A DNA stretch of 63,482 nucleotides, counting the filler, from Reticulomyxa filosa (taxonomy: Eukaryota; Protista; Foraminifera): assembly GCA_000512085.1 (NCBI GenBank). It is 16 parts of 16 records of this genome, joined end to end, with 100 filler letters (N's around TTAATTAATTAA, not from the genome) between each part and the next. Parts side by side here need not be neighbours in the genome. Positions count along the whole stretch, not along the records: positions 44,187 to 53,287 come from ASPP01007340.1; positions 53,388 to 55,241 come from ASPP01026642.1; positions 55,342 to 60,237 come from ASPP01037864.1; positions 60,338 to 61,596 come from ASPP01038209.1; 12 more parts are not named here. One strand, 5' to 3'. Position 1 is the stretch's first letter; each line of letters begins with the position of its first letter. The position numbers and the translations under genes are program-made. The notes below the pieces were generated by a model that saw only the letters and a program-made list of their open reading frames with translations, had not been told where the DNA came from and made no database searches. Of this stretch, positions 48,501 through 60,384 are shown piece after piece.

Positions 48501-49719
48501 AGTATTGTTGAGCAGTTTATTGTAGCACACAGTATGCAATTGAATTCAATAAAGCAAACCTTTGACAAAGAGGCATTGTATAATTTCTCAAACATAATGA
48601 CGAAGAAAGACAAAAACGACTCTTCTTCCGACCTGAGTACCAGCAGTGCATACAATAAAAGTCTGCAAGAAACACTGCAAAATTTAAAGAACCAATTGGG
48701 TGAGTTCCAAACAAAGTACAGTGTTGCAATTGATTTAATTTCCCATGACTTAGACAACCACGAGTATCTTGGGATGAAGACAGACAAACACACTCCGGCC
48801 ACAACACAAGGCCAACCGCGTGTCTACGTAAACGACTTGACCCGATCCTCGCAAGAGTCAAATGACAAACTTGTTGCTCAAATGTATCTTTTGAAAAAGC
48901 AAACAGAATGTGCTGAAAATGATTGCAAACTTTTGAAAACTGCATTAGTAGGTGCCCACACTTTGGTTGGTAGACTCAAATCCAAGTTGAGATTGACAAA
49001 TGGTTGCTTGCAAAGTGTCCAAATCACGTTAAAGAACTTTCGTTCTGAAGTTGAAAAGACGAAAATCAACACGCAGCTGAAACAAACACAACTCGTCACT
49101 GAAATGACGGTTATGATGCAACAATGGAACCAAGTGAAGAATCACTTCATCTCCTCGCAACATATGAAAACTATTCAGATGAAGAGCCACTTGTACGATG
49201 AAATTCAAGAACTGCAAGCAGGTAATAGATTTTTTTATCGTTTCTCCCCCCTGGGCCCTTTTTGCGACACGTCTCAGTTGCCAACCGCACAAAATTTGCC
49301 TTTTTTTCATGTTGATCACAATTAGCATTGAAGCACTTCAAAGGCGAGCAAATACAGTTTCAAAATGAAAACCACCAATTCAATTGTGAAATGGCTCAAC
49401 TGTACAGTGGTGTTTCAAAGACAGACGAAGTGAAGACAACAACAAACAAGAGGAAAAAGTTGTCCCCATTACAACTATTACTTTGAAAGATATTTCGCAA
49501 GAAGAGAGTTCTACTAATATCTTTGAAGTACGACAAACAACAGACTATCATTCTGATGCGGAAGTGTTAGAATCTGCACACAAAAAATTCCGAAGACCCC
49601 CGTCTCCAGATCAACAAGCTCGCATGCAACTCCGTGCGATGAAACACTTTTGGAAAAAAGTTTCGGAACGAAGATCACATTCCGTTAGTCTGCCTAATCA
49701 CAATCTGGAGCCAAACTAA
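45573..49719 (+). CDS. Large coiled-coil protein, multi-exon
   Basis: Chain of same-strand Q/E/K/L-rich ORFs with heptad character, separated by GT..AG introns; no domain recognised. Confidence 0.65.
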
Positions 49720-52160
49720 CAAAGCACGTTGGTCATTTGTGATTTTGTTCATTCTCGCCTTATATTGACCCAAATAGAATGAACGACAAAATTAGTGAAC
49801 ACTATTTAATTTTTTGTTTTTGTTTGCTTAGTTAACCAGAAATTTTCTAATGAAAACTGTAAAATAAAGGAATGACGGTTATCGACATGCAATACATACA
49901 TTGATTTGAAAACATAATTAAATACATAGATAACACAGAGATTGTTAACATGCTGTAAATTTAACAAAAAATTGATCGTATTGCTGTGTTTTTTAGAATT
50001 GTTAAGCGTAGTGTAGAAATGATTTAAAAAATTTTTAAGTTGGAAGTAAAAAAAGCCATGCAAATCTGTGTAGCATGTTTTTAATTGTTTAATTGACATA
50101 AATAAACTTTTCGCATATACATTTGCTAATCAAAGAAAATATTTTAACAAGCCTTTGAGAATGTCGACACTTTGGCTCATAGAATCGTTGACATGTAGCC
50201 TGACAAATGAGATAAGTTGTTGAAGGTGCGACTGTATGACAACATTCGTATTATACTTGGGGTCAACTTTTTCAACATCAAACCTGTGCAAACAAAAGTT
50301 CGTTTAAGCCGTTTCAAACGTTTGAAAAAGGGGTTAATCGAAAGTATTTTTTTTTAATTCCTTTTTTTCGGTCTAAAAGATATCGTCATTATTTCACGAA
50401 TATGAACGTGAGCAAAAAGATTTTTGCAAAAAAATTGTGGCCTCTGCAACGTTTTTCCGTGATATCTACTTATGTCAAACCAAACATAGTTTGTGTCCGA
50501 CACTTTCACCGTTTCACAGCTCATCGGAGGTAACATTTATTCCAAGCATGGAATGTTTTTGACTGGAAACATTAAGAAAAAAAAAAAATCTCAATTGACT
50601 GTTTCCGTGAGGATTCATTAAAAGCAACTATTGCTTAAAACCACTTGAATGAAACCAACAAAACAGAATGCGAAGACCAGAGATAATATTGAATCAGGGA
50701 CTAAAAACCTTGGACGAAAGGATCCGAACATTAGAGACACAATGGAAAGTAAATGTGAGTCCACTGGACCTCAATAAACAAATGCTTTTCCAGTTAAACC
50801 TTTTTTTTTCTCCCGTTCTCAATTATTATTTACTGTTTTTCAAAAGTGTCCCCCCCCCCTCCTCTCTTCTTAAGGGAACCTATAAAAAAAATTCACCCAA
50901 ATGAATAGAGAAGGATTGGCAGTAGAACAGAAATCACAATATGAAAAGGACGAATTAACACAATTCAGTTTTGCAAAACACACAACGGGTGTGAAATAAT
51001 TCTGTGCCAATAGCAGTATACACTTGCAAAAGGAGGACAAGAATTGTCAATAACATAACAATAAAAACATAATAAGGACAACTGCTGACGCGAGAAAAGG
51101 AAGAGTTTGAAAGTAATTTGAAACGATTTGAGGCAGCCCAAAAGGAGCTCGAATTGGAAAAGGAACGTGTGAAAGAGGAAAAGAAAAGATTAGAGGTCGA
51201 ACAAAGAGAATGGAATAAGAAAATGTCAAATTTGTTGGACTGGACCGTTTCCGCGTAAAAGAAACTTTTCCTTTCGTAAATGTCATATATAAATAATTAC
51301 TTACATCAATGCTTACAAGATTTTTGAAAATATTGAGGGAGATACAATTTTTTAATTCGTTCTTCTGCAGTCTTATATTTGAAAGAAAACTATTGCTTTC
51401 TTTTGCATTCAAATGGCAACAAATTCTGATTGTCTTGTTTGACTTATACTTTTTAACAGCTGTCAATGAAATATTTGTATCATATTGTGAGGCATACACA
51501 ATGAGGCACTGAACACAAAAAAAAAATTATATGATAGTCTGCTTTCGGCGCTTGTTCCATAACTTTCATTGTCGAATAAATTGCGTGGTCATTTTATGTT
51601 ACACTTTTTGAGCAAAAATACAACCGCTTTCACAAATTTTTTCCAGATACAAAATATGTTTCATAATTAAAGTGCACACGCTGTACACAAAGCTAGAAGC
51701 AATAATGACAGATTCTCAAATAATAATAGGAAAGTAGCTTCAATTTTGCTTTTTTAAAGCAAGCTCCAGTAGGAATACAAATCGACAAAAAAAAAGATAG
51801 TTCTAAACATAGGAAAGAAAAAAATATCAAAATAAAGACTAAAAGATGAAAGGAGTCCCATTCACAAAACACCAAAAAAAAAGACTATCTTAAATTGCTC
51901 ACTATTAATGAATAGAGTGCATTAAATGGATCCTTTCTTCACACACAACACAGGATCAGATCCTATCACTAGAGTTAAAAAAAAATGGTATCACGAAGAT
52001 AGTTTGATCGTGGACGTAAAAGTCAGGTAAGCTTCTGTTTCAATATTTCCAAAATTGTAAACATCACCAAGTTTAGTAAGTGAAATTTGATGTAAAAAAA
52101 AGAAAAAAATGCAGCATAGAACATGTAGTGAACAGCATTACAATAGGTTGAGGACGTTGA

Positions 52161-53260
52161 TTATTGATTAGTCTTGCTCCTTGCGTGATAATTGAGCAGT
52201 CTTGAGTCGATGCTCAAGTGAGTGAATGTATTAGATAAGTCATGTGAAATGACAGTGGGAGCGGGCGTAGTTGAATTTGGATATTGTGTATCCGACGGTG
52301 GAGCATCATGATCGCTATTTCGTCTGGAGCGGGGAGGAATAGTCTCTAAACTATGTCTTGGAGCATTATGAGGATTATGTAATTCGGGATTATCAATCAT
52401 ATCTTGATGATTCGCGGATGAAGAATCAACAGTAGTGAAAGTGATATGGATCTGCCCTTGACGTTGCTGTTGTGGTTCGACCGCTGCTATCTCCGTTCTG
52501 TCACCATTCAAAAGTAGAGGATTATTCGAAGTTATGGCCTCTGTTATCGTATCGTTATGAGCACCATTATTATTATTACTATTATTAATATCATTATTAA
52601 TATCAATTTTATTATTATTATTATTATTTGTAATTCCATTGGTTTGTAAGGCCAGTGACGCTCGCTTTTCAAACTGCGCTTTCTTTTGACGGATGATGTT
52701 GAGACTATTGACATGTTCGATAGACTTTCGGCGTTTGAAGCGTCGTGTTTCTTCCAAAATTCTGGCTGTCTCCGAGTGTGCCTTGTATATGTTATCCACA
52801 TCGTCATCCTCGTCGTTATAAATCCTCTGATCCACGTGCGTGGACGGAAGAGACGCTGAATTTGACACGGTCTTTGTCGTGCGTTTTTTTTCCATTTGCT
52901 GCAATATCACGCGCTTCGCAGTGGCGATTTGTTGTGACAGCCGCCTTGCCATTGAGGTATTGCTGTTATTGTTGGTACCCATCATCATTACACTATTATT
53001 GCTATTCATGCTATTTGAATTGCTTGTCATATTGGTTGGTGTCGTCGCTCTTTCCGTGTCTCGTATCTGTCTCTTCGCCAGCAAATATGACTTTGCCATC
53101 TGCGTTTTCATTCCAGGCAACACACTGGCTTGTTGTTCCCATGTCCTTTGATTTGTATCCTTCTCGTTCGTTCGCACTCCTTCCCTCTCCAAATACTGCT
53201 TTTGCTCTCTCATTCTCGCCTCAACCAATCTCTGCACAACGTGTGAATACTTTTCCGTTC
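52161..53260 (-). CDS. Low-complexity Asn/Ser-rich protein, C-terminal part
   Basis: 358-aa open frame with poly-Asn tracts, open to the contig edge ((GCTATT)n repeat). Confidence 0.6.
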
Positions 53261-54814
53261 GATTGCTATTGCTATTGCTATTGCTATNNNNNNNNNNNNN
53301 NNNNNNNNNNNNNNNNNNNNNNNNNNNNNNNTTAATTAATTAANNNNNNNNNNNNNNNNNNNNNNNNNNNNNNNNNNNNNNNNNNNNTAAAATATGTATA
53401 AAAATTTGAAATGACCAAACCAATTTGGGACATAGGCCAATATATTTCAAACATATTTATGAAATTTTGTTAAGTAAAGCTGCGTCATAACAAAATTTTG
53501 TTTTGAGAGCGATTGCAATAATGCCATAATATTACCGATTACAGCAATAAATTTTATTTTTTTCGGTAATGCAACAGTAAGGTTTTTTTAAAAGAAGAAT
53601 TTCTTTTTTATAATAGTGAAACTACATAATAGTTCTAACTTTATCAACATGATGACATTTCAAAGTACTTTGCCCAGCCCATTAGATAGCTGTGTTGCAA
53701 TATTGAATGAAGACAACATATGTGCATATCATTGGAGGATCGAATAACAAAAATGAAAAGTTATCAACGCACATGAAAACAAGAATGAGTGAATGGTTGA
53801 GTGAAGAAGAAATAGATTGAAAATGGAAGCAGAAAAATGAACTGAACAAAACAGTAAAAACACAGAAGAACAAACAACAAAACGATGGACAAAAGTTACC
53901 GATATACATGGGCATTACATTTTTATTATGATTATCTTGAAGGGAAATTTCTTTTTTTTGCGCTCGGCCGTGCGGCTTTGAGATCGACAGCCATGATCAT
54001 TTCGCTTTCGCTGAGCAGGGAGATATGTTTGGGCGAGTAAGAGTTGGAAAGGGGTACCGACGAGATAGAAACAAAGACGGAGACGGAGTAAGAGAAAGCA
54101 GAAGATGAAGCTGAAGCAGAGCTGTTGGAATTGCTTGGACCACTCTTAAGTAGACAATTCGCCAATATATTTTGTTGTCGATTATATGTGAGCATGATTG
54201 AGAGTTGAGTCAAATCGTCATTATCATCATTTTCACTAGTCAAAAACAGGTTGGGCGAAAAGCCTTGGCGTCGACTAATGATAATTACGATTGCCCATTG
54301 TCGCTGTAATCTTCATTAAGAGACCTTGGCAAAATCGACATGCTCGATGATGAAAAGCTCTCGCTGACAATATGATAAATGTAGTTTCGATTCATTTGTA
54401 TTTGCATTTTCGACTTTTCACCCATACACCATTTCTCTATATAATAACAACAGCCTACAATGCGACTCGCCGAGAACCCCCCTTTCCTTTTACAAACAAA
54501 GTAAACAAAAACAAAAAAAGAAAAAAATTTTTTTTTGATTTTTTTAAATATTTTTTGTTAAAAAAAACTACAAACCTATGTTACAATGTGTACAATATAG
54601 TTCATAACAGAATATTTTTTTGCATTATTTTGTAGACAGTTGTTCACGAAATAAAGAATAACGTAATTTTTTCTGGAGTATCAGTATCATTTATTCAAAT
54701 TGATTTTTGGAATATTTGATTTGATGGTGACTTTCTCGGCGGTTTGGCTATTGTTTGTTGTGTTCAGAGCAACGTTGTTGATTTATTGTATTTCTTTTAG
54801 CTTTATCAACCATG

Positions 54815-55241
54815 ATCGGGCATTGTGCCATAATTTATCAAAGACGTCGACTTACTTGTCTGCAATGAAAAGTTAGATTTAAAAAAAAAGTGATTTAACA
54901 CAAACAATGCAAAAAAAAAGAAAAATAACAACAAAAAAGAAACTTTAATCCAGATTCAAGAAATTGGCTCCATTTTCTAAAAAGTATCTTCAAATTTTGA
55001 AAATGTTGGCGTGATAGTGCTACATTCCATGAGACTCCAATAACCCTTCAAAATAATTGGCTGCGACTTTGGCGTACGGATCAAAGAAATTTTCCACAAT
55101 CAAAGGACACACATCTCGTAAGAACGAGTTCTCGTCAATTGAGGAACGACTCTTGACATAGTCACGAAATTTATGGCTCAATTTCTTGCTGACCACGTCC
55201 AATGTTTCCGCCAATCGTCGGAACAATCGCGGCAAATCAGT
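54815..55241 (-). pseudogene. Possible decayed RhoGEF (DH) domain fragment
   Basis: ENFFDPYAKVAANYFEGL and SLINYGTMP weakly resemble DH motifs (FxxYxxYxxNY; LxSYLIxP); in-frame stops. Confidence 0.3.
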
Positions 55242-55631
55242 NNNNNNNNNNNNNNNNNNNNNNNNNNNNNNNNNNNNNNNNNNNNTTAATTAATTAANNN
55301 NNNNNNNNNNNNNNNNNNNNNNNNNNNNNNNNNNNNNNNNNAAATTAATTGTTTGTGTTTGTTTGTTTATTAAAATAGAGATATTTTGCACCAGTCGACT
55401 TTTCGCACTTAAAAAAAATTTTGTTGGAGAGCAATAGTGATACTGCAAAATCTGATATGATTGAATGTATTTGGCAAGCAAGTGTTCAATGTTTTGATTT
55501 ATCAACGAAAAACAGTACATGGAGAATATAAATGGTCTAACACCTCAACAAAAATTACTTAAATTTTTCAATCTGTTTTTAACTTCTAATGTTTCTTCAT
55601 TATATTCTCCTAACACAATAGAATATATCTT

Positions 55632-57725
55632 TCATGAAGTTTCATAATATTTATATGCCATTTGTTTTTCTCCTTTTTTTTCAAACACTAATCCTAAATT
55701 CCAATTTGAATCACCAAGATCTTTATTCACATTTTTAAATATTGTCTTTCTTATATTTAATGATCGCACATGATATTCAGTCGCTTTATCATATTGTCCT
55801 TGATCTAAGTAAGCATTTCCTAAAGCATTGCATGTATTTGCAATATCACTATGATTATTTTCAAAAATATTCAATTTAATTTTTAATGCTTTTTGATAAC
55901 AATCAATAGATTTATCATATTCTTTTTTATTGTAATATGTAAGTCCTATATTATAATATAATTGAGCAACAAAAGCATAATTAATTCCAAAAATTTTTAT
56001 AATAATATTTAATGCTTTTTCAAAAAATGTAATTGCTTTATCATATTTTCTTTTATCGTCATATACAAGTCCAATCATATTATATGCAATAGCAACATAA
56101 TGATGATAAAATCCAAATGTTTTAATAGAAAAATCTAGATGTTTTTGTAAATGAAAAATAGCCATATCGAATTCTTTCTTTTCTAAGCATTCTTCTGCTT
56201 TATTTTCAATATCTTGTATTTGTAATGGGACATCATAATGTAGTTTAGTATTCCATAGAATAGGTAATATATATTGTCTTAATTGTTGATCAATAATTGT
56301 ATTCTCTGTAATAAATAATTGTGTTGTAATAGTTATTTTTCCTTTGCACTGAATTTCACTATTAATTACATATAGATTTCCATCTATATTTATTTCATTG
56401 AATACCACTAATTTACTTTTAATAATATATACCCAATAATCTCGAAAATGCTTTTTTTCTATTTGATTATTTCCTACATACGAAATAAGTGAAAGTGAAA
56501 AAGGATTATTCTGAAAATTTTTGAATTCGGAAGTATCATAAACGACAATAATTAAACCTTGTTCTTTTTTCTTTATCATTTGTTCAACTATTTTTGCTGC
56601 TTCCATATTTGATTTTCTCCAATCCATATTCCAATGTTTCTTAAAATCTAATGACTCTACAATATTTGATACAGAAGAAATTTCATTTTTATTGTCATCA
56701 TTATCTATTCTTGGTATCAAATAAATATCCGAATGAGTTGTTGAAACAGATTGAATAAGTTCTCTTCCTAATACTGGATCAGATACAATTTTGGAGACTT
56801 GTTTAATAATATGATCCAAACTTTTGTTCATATTATTTTCGACAATATGACAAAATATGTTTGCAAAAGAGCTTTCTTTCTTTCCATTTGCATTACTGAT
56901 TAATTTCTGTTGAGTGTTTGCAAAAATGGTAAATACATCTGTGTCATGTTTATATCGCAATTTATGTTGAGTGTTTTTATGCTCTCTTTTAATTGCAAGT
57001 TTATTGGTTTCCTCTGATCCAGCACATGTAATATTAATAAATATTTTTGGTTTTCCCACAAAATACTCAGTTTTTTTCACAAATATATCTTGAATATCTT
57101 TGAAATTTTTTGTTTTATTATCGCTCGTAATCAACTCTTCTCCATTTACTCCAAATTCTCCATATCCACACCATACAAATATTAGTCCATCATATATCTT
57201 ATGTTTAGTATTATCAGCAAAATTTGAACAATATTTGGAGATAAAACTGTTCAAACTAATTAAAGTAAGTGATTCTGTTCTTGGTTTTTGTGGATTATAT
57301 GTACTGAATACATGATAACTAAATTTGGATTGAAATAATGTTTGCAACAAAAAAAGGTCTTGTTTTGCTCCTTCCAAATATGGTTGTTGTTTATATTGCA
57401 TCGCTCCGGTTAATAACACCAAGGGATTTTTTACTTCATAAGAATACATTGTTTCTGTATTATTTTTTGCTATCTTTTTTGATTGAAATCGGACAGTAAA
57501 AAATGCAGCATCATCTGTAAAGGCATTCATCACGTGTTGATTCGTTTTAACATGACAATCATTTACATCCATAATTTCTACTAACAAATCGTTACTATGT
57601 GTCGAGCGAGTTACTTGAAGAATTTGTTCTTTCAAATTGTCAAAGGTCAATTCAGTCAACATTATTGTATGAACTGTTGCTCCGTCTTTTAGATATGCTT
57701 TAAATGAGGACATTTTTGAGATCAT
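55632..57725 (-). CDS. PB1/ubiquitin-like + caspase-like (C14 fold) + TPR protein, intronless
   Basis: 697-aa ORF: N-terminal ~80-aa small domain; KNPLVLL..LEGAKQDL..YDGLIFVWCGYG..GKPKIFINITCAG (caspase H-G and C motif positions); ~42-aa kinesin-light-chain-type TPRs at the C-terminus. Confidence 0.85.
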   Translation of the reverse strand: MISKMSSFKAYLKDGATVHTIMLTELTFDNLKEQILQVTRSTHSNDLLVEIMDVNDCHVKTNQHVMNAFTDDAAFFTVRFQSKKIAKNNTETMYSYEVKNPLVLLTGAMQYKQQPYLEGAKQDLFLLQTLFQSKFSYHVFSTYNPQKPRTESLTLISLNSFISKYCSNFADNTKHKIYDGLIFVWCGYGEFGVNGEELITSDNKTKNFKDIQDIFVKKTEYFVGKPKIFINITCAGSEETNKLAIKREHKNTQHKLRYKHDTDVFTIFANTQQKLISNANGKKESSFANIFCHIVENNMNKSLDHIIKQVSKIVSDPVLGRELIQSVSTTHSDIYLIPRIDNDDNKNEISSVSNIVESLDFKKHWNMDWRKSNMEAAKIVEQMIKKKEQGLIIVVYDTSEFKNFQNNPFSLSLISYVGNNQIEKKHFRDYWVYIIKSKLVVFNEINIDGNLYVINSEIQCKGKITITTQLFITENTIIDQQLRQYILPILWNTKLHYDVPLQIQDIENKAEECLEKKEFDMAIFHLQKHLDFSIKTFGFYHHYVAIAYNMIGLVYDDKRKYDKAITFFEKALNIIIKIFGINYAFVAQLYYNIGLTYYNKKEYDKSIDCYQKALKIKLNIFENNHSDIANTCNALGNAYLDQGQYDKATEYHVRSLNIRKTIFKNVNKDLGDSNWNLGLVFEKKGEKQMAYKYYETS

Positions 57726-58077
57726 GAAAAATATTATTTTTTTTTATTCCCCTGAACACGAGTTTTTTATTTCATTGAACAAAAACTATGTCAAACGATT
57801 TGTCAAGAAGTGGTCTTTATTCTTCTAAAAAAATTGTATTTAATTCCTAAATATTTAATATTTCACCTTTTTTTACATCATATACGTATCATAATTACAA
57901 AAAGAAAATCGATTAAAAAGGGACCTTAAAAGCCTTGTAGTATTTTTTCAATGTATTGCTTGTTTTTAGTGAATTTTTTCGTCCGTACAACATAAAATTC
58001 TTGTTTTTTTAAAAGAGAGCCAAACTTTCAAAAATTTTAATATTATTGTCGTCAAATTTATAACCAATAACAGTAAG

Positions 58078-58745
58078 ATGGAGCGTCTTCAACACCCCTT
58101 TCCTAATATTAAAGAAGATATTACCACACAAGTGTTGAGCTGCTGTAAGAGTAGGTGAAGCAAGCACAGCCTTACGCTTCATTACCAAAAATAGCTTGAA
58201 AACAACAGTCTGAAGTTATAATGTTTGTATCGTGTATTCTTGAAGCGGAATGAAATATTGATAGGAGTTCTGCATGATAAACTATTCTAAAGTGTTTACT
58301 CAGCTATGTTTTTGTTTATCATAAAAGCAGAAAAAATAGCTAATTAAAAATTGTGCGAGAAATGTGTATACACATATTATGGAAGATATTAAATTTTCCC
58401 ACAAAAATCAGGTATCGTCAATCAGTGGTTATAATTTATATTATATTTTAAAGCAAAGATGCCACCAGCTAGGCGTCGAGGAGACAATCAGATTCTCAGG
58501 AAAATATAATGCCAAAAAAGTATTACAATGAGAATGATCTACATGAATTGATATTAAATAATAAAATATAAAAAAAATGAAGAAATTATATTATAATGAT
58601 ATTCATAAGCATATGAGATATTTACTTCAATTACATGAAATTTGCGCAATGTTATTGTATTGCGTAAACATGTAATGGTCAATTCAGTTATGATCAAATT
58701 TAGGCATCATATATGGCTTATTTGAATTTTTATTTAGAACAAGTG
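58078..58745 (+). pseudogene. Collapsed relic of PUB-like / putative ADP-ribosyltransferase family gene
   Basis: MCIHILWKILNFPTKIRYRQ (58362) is a paralogue of 34396 MCFHILWNILKYPKHIKYRQ; ~200 nt later KLYYNDIHKHMRYLLQLHEICAMLLYC..CNGQFSYDQ..FRHHIW; stops and frameshifts. Confidence 0.6.
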
Positions 58746-60384
58746 GTTGACATTTTGAGAAAGATATGATCCAAATTCCATTATGATCCATTGACACGCA
58801 GAGCTACAAAATGTCAATCAACAACTAGTTGAGACTCATTATCAACAATAATAATAATAATATGTAATTAAATGTAACAACTCTGGGGCTTTTCTTTTTC
58901 TCTTTTTAAAGGAAAAGTGTTAGCAGCTGCTGTACGAATAATGACAAAATAACGATAAAGAGATGATTGTTTTGATGAAGTTTTTATAAAATTGCAAAGT
59001 ATGAAGGATAAAGCGAAAACACAGACTAAATCGATCAATATATCTTTTTTTTGTTTTTTAAATGCTAAATTGAAAAGGGTATGTGCAAGGATAAACAAAA
59101 TAAATAAATAAATGAATAATGAAAGATTTCATTATTAAAGTTCGGTTAACTGTTTGTTTTTTTCATTATAATGATAATTTAAATTAAAAAGAAAAAGAAA
59201 TGTTTAGTGAATAAGATTTTGAGTATATTGATAGAAACTGAGAAAATGAAGGAGTTAAAAGAAAATGTTGATTGAGATATTTATAATTATTGTGATTTGT
59301 GGCCGTTTGTCGAAGGATTAAGTTCTAAGTCTCGTTACGAGATATATTTGGCAAAATCACAAATGATATCATCAATTCTGAAAATAGTCACAAGTTCACG
59401 TGATCTTCGAAATATCTTTTTTTAATTGCGAAAAGTTGACTGGTGCAAATTATTTATATTTTCACTTTCTTTTAAGCAAAAACAAAAATAAAAAACAATT
59501 TAAAAAGTTGAGAAAACTCTTCAGCTCATTAACGACAGTTTCGATGCCGTTTAGGCAAGGTATACAGACATCATTTTAAGTTAAACAAAACACTTGAACG
59601 GAACTTGGAAAAGTTATTAACACTTTTAGTTATTCATTTTTTTTAGAAAATTTACACAAATTTGGAAAAAGTTAGAGCAATCAACACCAATCAATTATAT
59701 TAATTTGTTCCAAAAAATTTGAATCGGTTTGGAAGGTTATATATCTCTGGCTTGTGTTTCTTTTCATCGATTTTAGTGGTTGTAGTTTTATTGTACAAAA
59801 ATACAAAAATAAAAAACGCAAAAATCGAGTTCCTTTTTTAAAAAAAATCAAAGTCAAGGACAGCACAGACGATAGTCTTTTTTTTTTTTTTGCGAAGTGG
59901 CTCTGTTGATATGAGAATCGTTGTGTATATCGAAACATTCAGTAACCCAAAAACATTTAGGGCAATTGGAATAAAATAAAAATCGCAACAATAAAATGAG
60001 GACATTGCACTACAATGCCACTGTTGCAAGAGAAACTAAATGAACCAACAAAAAAAAAAATTGACTTGTGTGGATAGAGCAACGACATTGTCTATTTGAA
60101 ACATCATTATTTATGATCACAAAAGAAAATACATAAATGCAACAATTAAAAAAAAGGACATAGTAATTAACTTTAGATTTCTTGAAATGCGAAAAATCGT
60201 AAATTATATCTATTTTAATAAACAAAAACAAACAAAANNNNNNNNNNNNNNNNNNNNNNNNNNNNNNNNNNNNNNNNNNNNTTAATTAATTAANNNNNNN
60301 NNNNNNNNNNNNNNNNNNNNNNNNNNNNNNNNNNNNNAAAAAAAAAAAAAAAAATTATTTGAGCATGTATGTATGTGTGTAAGA

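Noticed and set aside
50160-51000. Possible small multi-exon gene on the plus strand
   Set aside because: Frames could not be joined confidently and no motif was recognised; likewise for 37916-38368, 41818-42800 and 53932-54360.
55632-55634. Alternative genetic code (TGA=Trp) suggested by TGA at a likely Trp position
   Set aside because: Intact genes use TGG for Trp and end in TGA (14029, 45208, 62270); in-frame TGAs occur in decayed copies.
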